This document shows, in pieces, positions 41,969 through 52,105 of a DNA stretch of 64,000 nucleotides; within the stretch, counting starts at the first letter, position 1, and every line of letters begins with the position of its first letter. The DNA comes from an uncultured Acidobacteriota bacterium (GTDB lineage Bacteria; Acidobacteriota; UBA6911; RPQK01; JAPXNP01), in assembly GCA_963777605.1 (NCBI GenBank), contig CAVZRV010000010.1:480001-544000 (forward strand), given 5' to 3'. Below the pieces are notes generated by a model. The model worked only from the letters and a program-made list of their open reading frames with translations, was not told the origin of the DNA and did no database searches. A program made the position numbers and the translations under genes.

Positions 41969-42700
41969 TCAGCGCACGCTCACTTGGATCGACTGTCGAT
42001 TTCGGGCTAATTTCTCGTCGATCAAGGCGAGAGTGGCCCGAGCGATTACCGGAATCGGTACCCGCGCCGTATTCCAGATGACGTCGTACAGTTCGGGATC
42101 ATCAATATTCCGACGGAAGTAGGTCTGAGCCAGCCTGGCCCGGTCACGGTCAACCTCCTCCAGTTGCTTTCTGGCACGCGCCCGACCAATTTTGTCCAGA
42201 CCCATCTGCTCGATTCGAAACTCGAGAGGCGCGACGAGTCGAATGTGAACACCGAGAGGGAGCGACGCGGTCACACAGGAACTGGCCCTTCCAACGATGA
42301 TGACTTTTCCCCGGGTTGCCACCGTGCGGATCGCCGCAAACATGGCCGCGATGGCGGCCGGCTGGTCCGACCTGACACCCAGAAGGTTGCGCACGAGCGC
42401 GTCAATTTCCGAATGACACTCCTCGGAAAACACCGAGTCCAGAGATCTCTTCAACTCCCGGTTCTGCGTCAGCTCTTCGCAGAGCCTCCGATCGAAGACC
42501 CTCCAGTCGTGAAACATTTCGGAGGGATGCCCGATCATTGCGTCAGTCAGCGCCGCTGCCAACTCGCGGCCCCCAGCGCCGCATTGACGCGAGATGGTGA
42601 CGAACGGGAACAACCCTCGATGCGCGTCAGGCTGCTGGGCAGCCGTATCCTTGTAACAGGTAACGTCGAGGAAACTCTTGACTTCTCTAAATCTCTTCAT
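41969..42700 (-). CDS. Cytidylate kinase-like family protein
   Basis: VTISRQCGAGG, VIIVGR, HIRLVAPLEFR, DRDRA, DPELYD..WNT. Confidence 0.85.
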   Translation of the reverse strand: MKRFREVKSFLDVTCYKDTAAQQPDAHRGLFPFVTISRQCGAGGRELAAALTDAMIGHPSEMFHDWRVFDRRLCEELTQNRELKRSLDSVFSEECHSEIDALVRNLLGVRSDQPAAIAAMFAAIRTVATRGKVIIVGRASSCVTASLPLGVHIRLVAPLEFRIEQMGLDKIGRARARKQLEEVDRDRARLAQTYFRRNIDDPELYDVIWNTARVPIPVIARATLALIDEKLARNRQSIQVSVR

Positions 42701-42961
42701 GGCGCACTCCCGGCCGGGCCGCCACCAAGAACCAAAGTGGAGCAGAACTGGGGATCTTCTGCATGAGTTGCTCGGATGAGCCGGGCCTTTGCATTGATGA
42801 TAGCTCCCTTTCACGACCGCGGTCAACCACTCCAACTCCTCGTCGTTCTCTCTACTCTTACTGACTTGGCACAAGGTTTCACTACTGGAGGATCCGAAAT
42901 TCTGTTAGCTTATGCGCTAACTCAAAACCAGTGTGATCCCATTCATCGTAGGAGAAGGTGT

Positions 42962-43421
42962 ATGTGGAAGGAATTCAAGAAGTTCGCCGCCAAAGGTAAC
43001 GTCATCGACATGGCCGTGGGCATCATCATTGGGGCTGCGTTCGGCTCCGTAGTCAAGTCCCTGGTCGCCGACGTCATCATGCCTCCAATCGGCCTGCTGC
43101 TGGGTAATGTCGACTTCACGAACATATTCCTCACGCTCAAAGAGGGCGCAACTCCGGGTCCTTACGTCACCCTCGCCGATGCGAGTCGAGGCCGGCGCGG
43201 TCACCGTCAACCTCGGAGTCTTCGTCAACGTGGTCCTGTCGTTCCTGATCGTGGCATTAGCCGTCTTCGTGCTGGTGAAAAACGTCAACCAGCTCAAATC
43301 GCGTTTTGAGGAGGAAAAGGTGGCTGCGGCGCCGACGACCAAGGACTGCCCCCAGTGCTTCACGGCAATCCCGATCAAGGCGACCCGCTGCCCGAATTGC
43401 ACTTCGCAACTTTCTGGTTAG
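42962..43421 (+). CDS. mscL: Large-conductance mechanosensitive channel with C-terminal zinc ribbon (apparent +1 frameshift near 43184)
   Basis: [24 protein letters not shown]...[10 protein letters not shown]2 (G.FVN....FLIVA) and KDCPQC...ATRCPNCTS lie in the shifted frame. Confidence 0.93.
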
Positions 43422-43559
43422 CCTGGGTGGAGTCTGGAACCTTAAAGGCGCACAGCCGGTCCGCGGAGTCATCCTGTCCGGCGGCACCTTACCGTCGCCC
43501 AGGGCTCTTCAGTGCGGCCTGACTGACTGTTGGACCGGCACGGTTTCGGAGGGTGCACA

Positions 43560-43754
43560 ATGACGGAGCTTTTTCTTAAATCGACCACGATCTGGATTGC
43601 ATTCCTCGTCCTGGCCGTCGTCAACGCAGGGCTGCGCGAGAAGGTGCTCGATCCCCTGCTGGGGAGCAGTGGCGCGCTGCTCTTGAGTGGGCTTCTGTTG
43701 GTAACCTTGCTTGCTCCTTACGTGTGCGCAAAGTCGAGAGGCCTGTCTAAGTGA
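43560..43754 (+). CDS. Small membrane protein, possibly an internally deleted remnant
   Basis: 64 aa with two hydrophobic segments; IW...LAVVNAGLRE..L.P start and LLVTLLAP......RGL end. Confidence 0.5.
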   Translation: MTELFLKSTTIWIAFLVLAVVNAGLREKVLDPLLGSSGALLLSGLLLVTLLAPYVCAKSRGLSK

Positions 43755-43904
43755 CGCCCTCTTCCTCGTCACAGTCGGCGCCGACGATTTCCATCGAGTC
43801 CTCGTCGAGCAGGTAGTGCGGAAACCACCTGGTGATATCATGAGTGGAAAGCATCCCGCACGACAGCAGAAAGGAAATCCGAGGCAATAAGAGGCACGGA
43901 TTCG

Positions 43905-44534
43905 ATGCCAATGAGAACAGCTTTCCTGGGCATACTGGTCGGTCTTGTCACCTGCTCCTATCCGATTCTTCCCGGCTCCCAGTCCCCGACAGGGAAAGGT
44001 CCGCCTGTAGAGGACGAACTCCGGGGAAAGTTCCTGGTTGCCCAACCCCAAGTCAATGATCCCCGGTTTGCGAAATCGATTATCCTCGTCATCGACCACT
44101 CCAGCGGAGGGTCGATGGGGCTCGTTATCAACAAGGTGATGGGAAAGCTCAATTCAGCCGAGATCCTGGAAAATCTCGGGCTGGAGCCGCTGGAACGGGA
44201 GGAGGATCTGACCATCTTCTTCGGGGGGCCGGTGGAGCTGACCCACGGATTCATCCTTCACACCACCGAAACCTCGGTTGAGACCAGTCAAGCGGTAGGC
44301 GAGAACCTGGCCTTTTCAGCTGACGCCGAAACAGTCCGCCTCCTTCTCTCCGGAAAGGGTCCGCTGCGCTACCGGATCGCGTTCGGATATGCGGGCTGGG
44401 CACCGGGACAGCTCGATGCCGAACTCGAGCGGGGAGACTGGCGCATTATGCCCGCTGACCTCGACATCATCTTCACCGAGGATCCCGAGAGCAGCTGGGA
44501 CCTGCTGATGAAAGACCAGGTCTTTCACCTTTAG
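43905..44534 (+). CDS. YqgE/AlgH (DUF179) family protein with N-terminal export-like leader
   Basis: FLVA.P...DPRFAKSII, GSMGLVIN, FFGGPVE, GYAGWAPGQL..E...GDW. Confidence 0.9.
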   Translation: MPMRTAFLGILVGLVTCSYPILPGSQSPTGKGPPVEDELRGKFLVAQPQVNDPRFAKSIILVIDHSSGGSMGLVINKVMGKLNSAEILENLGLEPLEREEDLTIFFGGPVELTHGFILHTTETSVETSQAVGENLAFSADAETVRLLLSGKGPLRYRIAFGYAGWAPGQLDAELERGDWRIMPADLDIIFTEDPESSWDLLMKDQVFHL

Positions 44535-44603
44535 CGCCGGACGGCCCGCAATTCGTATTTCCGGGACTTCGCGATGCCGGCAACTTATTCCGAACCGGAC
44601 CGG

Positions 44604-47489
44604 CTACCCGAGGAAGACGGAGAAGTCCACCTGGGTGGAACAGCCGAGGACGTCGGTGGCGGTTACCGTCACAGTCACCGGGCGATCCACTCCCTCCGGG
44701 ACCACGAAGCTCACCAGGGCTTCCCGCTCAGTCGGATCCTCCGTCGAGATCTGGGTCGTGTTCGGCTCAATCTCCAGGTCGTACAGGTCAAACAACCCCC
44801 AACCGATCAGGTCGATTCCCGTCTTGACCGAGTCCAAACCCGACGCCGCCTCCGACTGGTCCCGAAACATCACCCGGACCGTCGCCGTCCGTCCTGCCCC
44901 AACCGTGTACTCGCCCCGCAGCGGGTCCGGCAACACCGAGACCACCTCCGGCCCCTGGTTGCTCCCGCACTGGCTCCGGTTCACCCTCAGCACCCCCGCC
45001 TTCAGCAGCGGTGCCTGCCCTTCAATCGCCGACAGGTAATGCAGCCCCGTGTCCCCGAACAGCGCAAAGGCATACACCGGCTCCGTGCTCCGCACCCGGA
45101 TGTGCCCCCCGACCTGTTCGAACTCCGGCCCCAGCAGTCCCGTCCCGTTCAGCAGGTCCACCAACCGCTGTCCCGGCGCCAACTCGAACTCCACTTCCCC
45201 ACTCTGTTCGCCCGCTTCCGTGAATACCGTCACCGTGATCCGGGCCGCAACCGTCCCGCTGTTCAGCACCGCCAGCCCCGTGAACAGGTTCACCGCTGAC
45301 GACTGCGCCACGTGCAGAAAATCGACTTCCTTCATCCCCTCCGCAATCAGCGGCAGCGATGAGGCGTACTCCGCACCCCGAAACGCGATCGCCCCGACCA
45401 CCTGCCCGCTTTCCGCCAGCCGGATCTCGAAGTAGCCCGTCAGCGTCTCGCTTGACCCCGGATCGCTTCCCAGCACCGTTGCCAGGTCCAGTACCGTCAG
45501 GCTCTCCGCTCCCAGGGTCTCCTGCCGCCGGACCAACTCGGTCCCCGCGTTGTCGTAGACAACTACCTCCACGTCCCGCGCGCTCGACTCCCGGTTCAGC
45601 AGCCGCACCGCCGTCGTCCCGTTCGACGCCACGATGAAGTGAGGTGCCGTCAGCCGGCTCACCGGACGGACGATCTGTGCCGGCAATGCCGAAAAGGTCT
45701 CCGCGTCCGCCACCAACTCGAATCCGCCGACAGCCACGTCCGAATCGACCTCCAGGTATCCCCCGCTCAACTCCGTCACCTCGGGAAACAGGTCCCCGAG
45801 CACCCCCCGGAACGTCCCGTGAGCCTCCAGCTGAACCTGGGTCGATCCCTTTGACTGGCCTGTCCCGTCCCGCAACGTCAGCGTCACTTCGTCGGCCGGA
45901 GTCGAACCGTCGTTGAACAGGTTGACCACGATGCTGCGCTGCGCTCCCAGATCCGCGTTGAGCAGAAAAAGACTCGTCCCGCTCTGCGAGGCGCCGCCGA
46001 TCCCGTCCAGTCGTCTCAGCGCCAAATCTCCGGCCAGGAAGAACCCCTGCACCGGGACGTCCCAACCCCGCGCCCAGATCGCCGCCGTCCCGCTCGACTG
46101 CGTGAACTCGCTGGTCAGAAACGCCGACTGGGCCTGGGCCTCGATCGTCCGCCGCTCGGCGGTTACTTCCGCCCCCGCATCATCCCGCGCGGTCACATCC
46201 GTCCTCGGCTCCGCCACGTCGCTCGGATTGGCCAGCACCGCTCCGATAAAGGTGTCGTCCAGGTAGGCGGACGGCTTCGCTCCAGCCGTCGCCACGCCTG
46301 CCGTTGGATCAAGACTGTACGGGATGAAGACCTGGTTCGGGTCCGGCGAGTCCACGAAGATCGAGACCTCGTCAAACGCCTCGGCTCCCGGCGCATCTCG
46401 CGCCACCAATCGCAGGTCAACCCGGTAGTCCCGGACCCAGTCAGGCGGAACGAACTCGGTGACGGCAACTTCCGGGTCGGCCAGCACGACTTCCGGTGCA
46501 TCCGTGGTCCCGGCGACCTGGATCCAGGTCAGGGCCACCGTGTCCCCGTCCGGGTCCGAAGCCGTCCCGTCGAGCGTCACCACCGCCCCGGCCAGCACCT
46601 GCTGATCGGGCCCGGCCGACACCTCCGGCTTCGCGTTGTAGTTCGGGTCGATCGTTACCTGAACCTGGTCTTTCCCGGTGGTCAAGCCGTCGTGAGCAGT
46701 CAGCCGGAACGTCAAGGTCGTTGCGCCTGTCGCATCCGGAGCCATGAAGCTCGCTTCCAGCTGATCTGCATCAACCAGATCAACGAGGAAATAACCTGAG
46801 GTTTGAGTCCACTTGACCGCGAACGGGTCTCCATCCGCGTCTACGACAGTTCCAGAGAGCAAGACCTCTTCCCCAGGCCGCACGGAAAAATCCTCCCCCG
46901 CATCAACGGTTGGTGCGCGGTTACCTTGACTGACACCGATAAATCCCTCGAAAACATTGTTGCCCTCGTCCCTTTCAGTAACGACGTTGGTACTGTCAAG
47001 TACAATTCGAAAAGGGTGGGCACCGGGATCCAGCGGCCCGATCTCAAAATCGCGTACGGCAACGCTGTAGCGGCGCAACTTGGAAGTGTACGTATACCAG
47101 CTCCCGACCAGAACATCGTCAACGTAGAGGTCCATGTAGACTGGAATTTTCTCGCTCGGCAGGTAAATGCTATACGTCGCGGTCATCGCCCAGTCGAGAT
47201 AGATCGCTTCGTCTGAAAAAAAGCTTGCAGCCATGACGGATGTCTGGGGCTCCTTGGAGAAGACGATCGCTGAGGGCCAGTTCCAAGGCTTGTAGAAAAC
47301 AAGGTCGGGGAGTTCAGTATCCTCCAGGCTTGGAGAACCGGAATCAAGACTCGTATCCAGTGGCAAAGTGCCGGCGGCAACCCGATCAATCGCCCTGGCA
47401 GTAAGGAAGGGCTGTGAACCGACGAAAATCACTGCGAGGGCAAGTAACCACCTTACAACGACGGTCTTTTTGACAGGACTGGACATCAT
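44604..47489 (-). CDS. Large secreted multidomain surface protein (CARDB-like + 2 PKD-like Ig + 4 beta-sandwich repeats)
   Basis: Signal peptide; D..N.V.E.DEGNN (CARDB-like); two N.AP.V.AG.D....G..V.L.G...D.DGD repeats; four G...N......V...D..G repeats. Confidence 0.8.
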   Translation of the reverse strand: MMSSPVKKTVVVRWLLALAVIFVGSQPFLTARAIDRVAAGTLPLDTSLDSGSPSLEDTELPDLVFYKPWNWPSAIVFSKEPQTSVMAASFFSDEAIYLDWAMTATYSIYLPSEKIPVYMDLYVDDVLVGSWYTYTSKLRRYSVAVRDFEIGPLDPGAHPFRIVLDSTNVVTERDEGNNVFEGFIGVSQGNRAPTVDAGEDFSVRPGEEVLLSGTVVDADGDPFAVKWTQTSGYFLVDLVDADQLEASFMAPDATGATTLTFRLTAHDGLTTGKDQVQVTIDPNYNAKPEVSAGPDQQVLAGAVVTLDGTASDPDGDTVALTWIQVAGTTDAPEVVLADPEVAVTEFVPPDWVRDYRVDLRLVARDAPGAEAFDEVSIFVDSPDPNQVFIPYSLDPTAGVATAGAKPSAYLDDTFIGAVLANPSDVAEPRTDVTARDDAGAEVTAERRTIEAQAQSAFLTSEFTQSSGTAAIWARGWDVPVQGFFLAGDLALRRLDGIGGASQSGTSLFLLNADLGAQRSIVVNLFNDGSTPADEVTLTLRDGTGQSKGSTQVQLEAHGTFRGVLGDLFPEVTELSGGYLEVDSDVAVGGFELVADAETFSALPAQIVRPVSRLTAPHFIVASNGTTAVRLLNRESSARDVEVVVYDNAGTELVRRQETLGAESLTVLDLATVLGSDPGSSETLTGYFEIRLAESGQVVGAIAFRGAEYASSLPLIAEGMKEVDFLHVAQSSAVNLFTGLAVLNSGTVAARITVTVFTEAGEQSGEVEFELAPGQRLVDLLNGTGLLGPEFEQVGGHIRVRSTEPVYAFALFGDTGLHYLSAIEGQAPLLKAGVLRVNRSQCGSNQGPEVVSVLPDPLRGEYTVGAGRTATVRVMFRDQSEAASGLDSVKTGIDLIGWGLFDLYDLEIEPNTTQISTEDPTEREALVSFVVPEGVDRPVTVTVTATDVLGCSTQVDFSVFLG

Positions 47490-47748
47490 CGCGTCTTCTC
47501 CCAAACAAGCCCGACTGCAACCGATCCGATTGCTTGAAGTCAGACTCCACATCCTGGAACCGAAATCACCAAGTGAATTCGAATTGCAGCGCTGCAACAA
47601 ACATAGGCAGACTATTGCCACTGTAGGAAAAAGGCAACATGGATAATTTTCCACAATGTCAAAACAGGCAACCGGCAACGTTCGAGGAGGCCTCAGGAAG
47701 TGAAAACAGGCTGGTTTCGCGACCGCCGGGCGAGAACGGGACCGCTGA

Positions 47749-48579
47749 TCACTGATCAGAAAGCGCAGTGGAGTTCACGAGGAATGCTTCCGGGTTGCAC
47801 TGGTAGGTGACCGGCTTCCCTTCAGCGTTCACTTCAACGATCCGGTAGCCCCGGTATTGAGTACCCCATGAGCCCCCCAGGTGGCCATCAAAGAAATAGG
47901 GCCTCCGATTGACCCAGATCACGTTGTCCTGATCGTGGTCGTGGCCGTGAAAAACCCCGGCCAGGTTGGGTGTCGCCTCGAACAACGCCTGGATCTCGGG
48001 ACAGGAGATCGCGTTTCGGGTGACCCCGGTCTGGCAAATGTGCAGAAGGGCAAAGACGGCGTCTTTGTCGCGAAACGAGTGGAATTGCTCCCGCATCCAG
48101 GATTCGTCGGCGCAGAGATACTTGCCCGTTCCATCGGTCGTCGTCGCGAGCACGAAACCAAACCGGCCGATTTCGAATGCGTGATTGACCTCGGTACCCC
48201 AAACCGATTTCCACTCTGCCGCAGTCACTTGGTCGTGGTTGCCCTGGACGGTATAGTAGGGGACATTCAATCCGGCATAGGCCTCTTTGACCTTGGGAAG
48301 AAGGGCGGGTTCATTGTGAATCAGGTCACCGTTGAAGACAACGAAATCGAGCCCTTTGCCGGCCTCTTCATCGTTGAGCCACTGAATCATCTCCCGGTGA
48401 AAACGTTCAAAATCGGTATCAGGCTGACCGAAATGACCATCGGAAGTGATCGCGTAGCGGAGTTTTGAGCGCCGTGCCGCTGCTCCACGAACAGAGCGTG
48501 AAGGAAGCCCGACGGCGACCGAAGACCCAACTGCCCATGAAACCGCAGAGAGAAACCTGCGTCGATTGGTTGTAACCAT
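47749..48579 (-). CDS. Tat-exported calcineurin-like metallophosphoesterase
   Basis: NRRRFLS Tat motif; SDGH, NGDL, GNHD, H, GHDH. Confidence 0.9.
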   Translation of the reverse strand: MVTTNRRRFLSAVSWAVGSSVAVGLPSRSVRGAAARRSKLRYAITSDGHFGQPDTDFERFHREMIQWLNDEEAGKGLDFVVFNGDLIHNEPALLPKVKEAYAGLNVPYYTVQGNHDQVTAAEWKSVWGTEVNHAFEIGRFGFVLATTTDGTGKYLCADESWMREQFHSFRDKDAVFALLHICQTGVTRNAISCPEIQALFEATPNLAGVFHGHDHDQDNVIWVNRRPYFFDGHLGGSWGTQYRGYRIVEVNAEGKPVTYQCNPEAFLVNSTALSDQ

Positions 48580-48728
48580 GAACTTCGTATCCTTGAGTAG
48601 TGGAATCGCACGAAGCCGCCCCACCAGGTTCCCGCCTGGAAGCCTTCAAACAGCGGTCCCGACTCGATCCTTCGGACTTGAGACGTCAGGATAGCACGAC
48701 ATCAAAATACCCTAGCGAAAGAAGATGG

Positions 48729-49418
48729 ATGCAGTCTGAACAAAAACGGGAACTGGTTTACCTCGTACTGGCCGGGTTCTTTGTCACCAATGCGATCCTG
48801 GGAGAACTCATCGGCGGAAAGCTGATTCAGGTCGGTCCGTTTTCCATGAGTGTCGGAGTCATACCTTGGCCGGTGGTTTTCCTGGCCACCGATCTGATCA
48901 ACGAGTACTTCGGAAAGGGCGGAGTGCGGCGGCTGACTTTGATGACCGCTGCCATGATTGCCTACGCATTCATCATTCTGTTTGCTGCAATGGGAGTTCC
49001 CGCCGCCGAGTTCTCGCCGGTCAAGGACGCCCATTTTACGGCTGTCTTCGGCCAGTCGCTCTGGATCATCGGCGCCAGCCTGATCGCATTCATGGCGAGC
49101 CAGCTGGTCGATGTGCTCGTCTTCTGGGTTTTCCGGAGACGAACAGGAGGAAGCAAGCTGTGGCTTCGGGCTACCGGTTCCACGGCGGTCTCCCAGCTCA
49201 TCGACAGCTTCATCATCATCGGAATCGCATTTTGGCTTCCCGGGAAAATCAAGCTCGGAGAGTTCCTGAACGTGGCGACCACCAACTATTCCTACAAACT
49301 GGTAATCGCTATCGCAGTCACTCCCCTGATCTATTGGTCCCATGCCGTCATCGATCACTTCCTTGGACGAGACGTGTCCCATGAAATGATCGAGGAAGCG
49401 GCCCGGGAATCGATGTAA
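48729..49418 (+). CDS. yhhQ: Queuosine precursor transporter (YhhQ/Vut_1 family)
   Basis: FLATDLINEYFG, ASLIAF..SQL.DV, WLRATGST.VSQLIDS; about 6 TMs. Confidence 0.9.
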   Translation: MQSEQKRELVYLVLAGFFVTNAILGELIGGKLIQVGPFSMSVGVIPWPVVFLATDLINEYFGKGGVRRLTLMTAAMIAYAFIILFAAMGVPAAEFSPVKDAHFTAVFGQSLWIIGASLIAFMASQLVDVLVFWVFRRRTGGSKLWLRATGSTAVSQLIDSFIIIGIAFWLPGKIKLGEFLNVATTNYSYKLVIAIAVTPLIYWSHAVIDHFLGRDVSHEMIEEAARESM

Positions 49419-49468
49419 ACGCTGGGCATTCCCTACAACTTTTCGGCAATGTACTAGAATGTCGGGCC

Positions 49469-51463
49469 ATGCCCGACTACGTAGGCCGGATGATCGAGTT
49501 CCTGGTGGGCGATTCACTTCGCTTCGGCGTCGTCACCGGCGAAGGCAAGAACAAGCTCCAGGTCACGGACCAGCACGGTCGACAGCACAGTCTGCCGCTT
49601 CGTAACGTCCTCATCGGACACCAGGAAAAGGCGGACGTCCGAGAGGTCGCCCAAGTCGCGGACGCGCTGAATACGAAAATTGCCGACGCGGTAGAGGACG
49701 TCGATTCCGAACTGCTCTGGGACGCGGTCGCCCAGGACGAACGCGACCTGGAACCGGCTGAGCTTGCCGAAATCTACTTCGGCGAAACCAACTGTTGCCT
49801 CGAATCGGCCATCCTTCGGGCGGCCATGGCAGATTCCGTTCATTTCAAAGTTCGCTCCGGCCGCGTGCAGCCTCGAAAACCGGAACAGGTCGAGGAACAG
49901 GAACGGGCGGTCCGGCGCCAGGCCGAAAAGGAGGCCCATCGCCGTCAGATTCGGTCGTGGTTCAGCGAAGTCCTCAGCGGAAACCAGTCCGAACCGGGTC
50001 TCGATCTCTCCGAGGTCGAGACGATCTTCCGCCGCCTCGAAGATTTTCTCCTTCAGCGACAGAAGGACGACGAAGTCTTTCTGTGGCTCGATGGACTCGA
50101 GCCGGAAGTCACTCCCCGCATGGCGGCTTACGAAATCCTGGCTTCACTGGGACGTCTTCCCGCCTCGGCCGACCCTCTCCTGGCGGCGGCGGGGATCGAT
50201 CCGAGATTTTCGCGAGAGGCCCTGGAATCGGCTGCGGCGCTGACTGCCTACATCGCGTCTTCCCGAAACCCGACCTTCGGTGGACCGCTGACGTTTGCGA
50301 TTGACGACGAAGAGACCAGGGAGGTGGACGACGCAATCACGGTCGAGGAGACCCCCGAAGGGCTCCAGGTTGCGGTCCACATCGCCGACGTTGACAGTTT
50401 TGTCACCCTTGATTCGGCTCTCGACGCAGAGGCGAGAAAGCGGGTCGCCACGGTATACCTGCCCCAAACAACGGTCCGCATGCTTCCCGAAGCCCTGTCC
50501 TGCGACCTGGCCAGCCTCGTCGCCGAAAAAGCCCGCCCCGTGGTGACCCTGATCGCAAGGTTCGATACCGAATTCCAGCTGACATCGTGGCACTTCACGC
50601 GTTCCGAGGCCACCGTCGCCGAGAATATCCCTTACGACAGAGTTGACGAGATCCTGGCCCAGAAGACCGACCCGCGCTACCCCGGGATGGCCCGACTGCA
50701 GAAACTTTCCAAACACCTGCTCAGGGAACGGGTTGAAGCGGGGGCGATCAGCATCAATCGACCGGAAGTCAAGGTGATTGTCCGCAAAGATTCGGTCCGG
50801 CTCAAAATGCTCGACCCCGACTCACCCAGTCGGGTGATCGTCCGTGAGTTGATGGTCCTGATGAATCGTCTGGCAGCGACCTTCGCCCAGGAAAACGGGG
50901 TCCCCGTTATATTTCGGTCCCAGCCCCCTCCGACCGAACCGATTGCCCTCCCTGAGGTCTACGACCCGGTCCGGGTCAACGAGGCTTTCTCTCGCCTGGA
51001 GAAGAGCCGACTCTCTGTGGAACCGGGTCGCCACTCCGGGCTTGCGCTCGACCAGTACACCCAGTTCAGCTCCCCAATCCGCCGCTATGCGGACCTCGTC
51101 GTGCAACGTCAAATTGTCGCCGCACTGAACGGCAATGCTCTGCCTTACAGGCCGGAGGACCTCCTGGAGATCATCAGCCAGGTCCAGACGATCGACGGCG
51201 ACATCCGATCGGCCGAGCGCAGTGCGATCCGTTTCTACACGCTGACCTACCTTGCCGAGAACTGTCGAGATGAAATCTTGCCCGGGACGGTGATCCGGGT
51301 TTTCGATCATGGGTACCTGGTAGAAACGCACGAATTCCTCATTCGGGGACTCCTTCCCAGAACCCGCGACCTGGTTCCCGGGAACCAGGTAGAAGTGAAA
51401 ATCGAACAGGTTTACCCGGCCCGAAACGTCCTGGTTTTTCGGGAGAACCACGGGAGTGGCTGA
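49469..51463 (+). CDS. RNase II/RNB-family exoribonuclease
   Basis: IDDEETREVDDA catalytic motif, VHIADV, TVYLP..MLP, ELMVLMN, HSGL...YTQFSSPIRRYADL, C-terminal S1-like domain. Confidence 0.92.
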   Translation: MPDYVGRMIEFLVGDSLRFGVVTGEGKNKLQVTDQHGRQHSLPLRNVLIGHQEKADVREVAQVADALNTKIADAVEDVDSELLWDAVAQDERDLEPAELAEIYFGETNCCLESAILRAAMADSVHFKVRSGRVQPRKPEQVEEQERAVRRQAEKEAHRRQIRSWFSEVLSGNQSEPGLDLSEVETIFRRLEDFLLQRQKDDEVFLWLDGLEPEVTPRMAAYEILASLGRLPASADPLLAAAGIDPRFSREALESAAALTAYIASSRNPTFGGPLTFAIDDEETREVDDAITVEETPEGLQVAVHIADVDSFVTLDSALDAEARKRVATVYLPQTTVRMLPEALSCDLASLVAEKARPVVTLIARFDTEFQLTSWHFTRSEATVAENIPYDRVDEILAQKTDPRYPGMARLQKLSKHLLRERVEAGAISINRPEVKVIVRKDSVRLKMLDPDSPSRVIVRELMVLMNRLAATFAQENGVPVIFRSQPPPTEPIALPEVYDPVRVNEAFSRLEKSRLSVEPGRHSGLALDQYTQFSSPIRRYADLVVQRQIVAALNGNALPYRPEDLLEIISQVQTIDGDIRSAERSAIRFYTLTYLAENCRDEILPGTVIRVFDHGYLVETHEFLIRGLLPRTRDLVPGNQVEVKIEQVYPARNVLVFRENHGSG

Positions 51464-51517
51464 CCCGATTCCGTCACTGAAAAACACTTCTCCCGAAACT
51501 GGGAGCAGGCGGCCTGC

Positions 51518-51946
51518 ATGTTCCAGGCGCTCGGCGATGGGAGCACCGTGCCTTCATCCGGCTACCACAAACTAATGGAGTCGGAAGTGATCGAGTTGAT
51601 TAACATTGCCGACGTCAGAGGTGCCGACCTGGTCAACTCGATCGTGATTTTTGACGAGGCACAGAACGCCAATCCGTTTCAGACGAGAACGCTGGGAACT
51701 CGGCTTGGGGAGAACACCAAGCTGATGGTACTCGGCGATCCCACCCAGATCGACAGCGCCTACCTCGACAAGTATTCCAACGCCTTGATCAACCTCCACA
51801 TCAACGCCACTCAAGTACCCAAAGCGCTTCATCGCTCAGATCTGCCTGACTCAGATGGTGCGAAGCTGTACTTCAAAGTGGTTCGAGGTGACTATTCAGG
51901 ACCCTGTCCGGGCGAAATCGTCGGCCCACGGCTTTCTGAACAGTAG
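51518..51946 (+). pseudogene. C-terminal fragment of a PhoH-family ATPase (5'-truncated; apparent frameshift near 51827)
   Basis: RG....IVIFDEAQN, TRLGENTK...GDPTQID..YL..YSNAL; L....RS motif only in the shifted frame; no Walker A upstream. Confidence 0.75.
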
Positions 51947-52105
51947 AAAAGACCGGAAAAAAATCGGCCGACGACTGAAACATTGTCGGAAGATTATCCA
52001 TCTTTCCAATTAAAAGACAGTTGTGAATCGCCGACCGGGTTTCTCACGACCAGTTGAATGCGACGAAAAGACCCGGCGCTCAAAGCGCCGACGGAGATTT
52101 GTTAA

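Noticed and set aside
48600-48728. preQ1 riboswitch upstream of the queuosine precursor transporter
   Set aside because: A small CCAGG/CCTGG hairpin exists, but the loop is too short and the A-rich pseudoknot tail of preQ1-I is missing. An Rfam/Infernal scan would be needed to exclude other classes.
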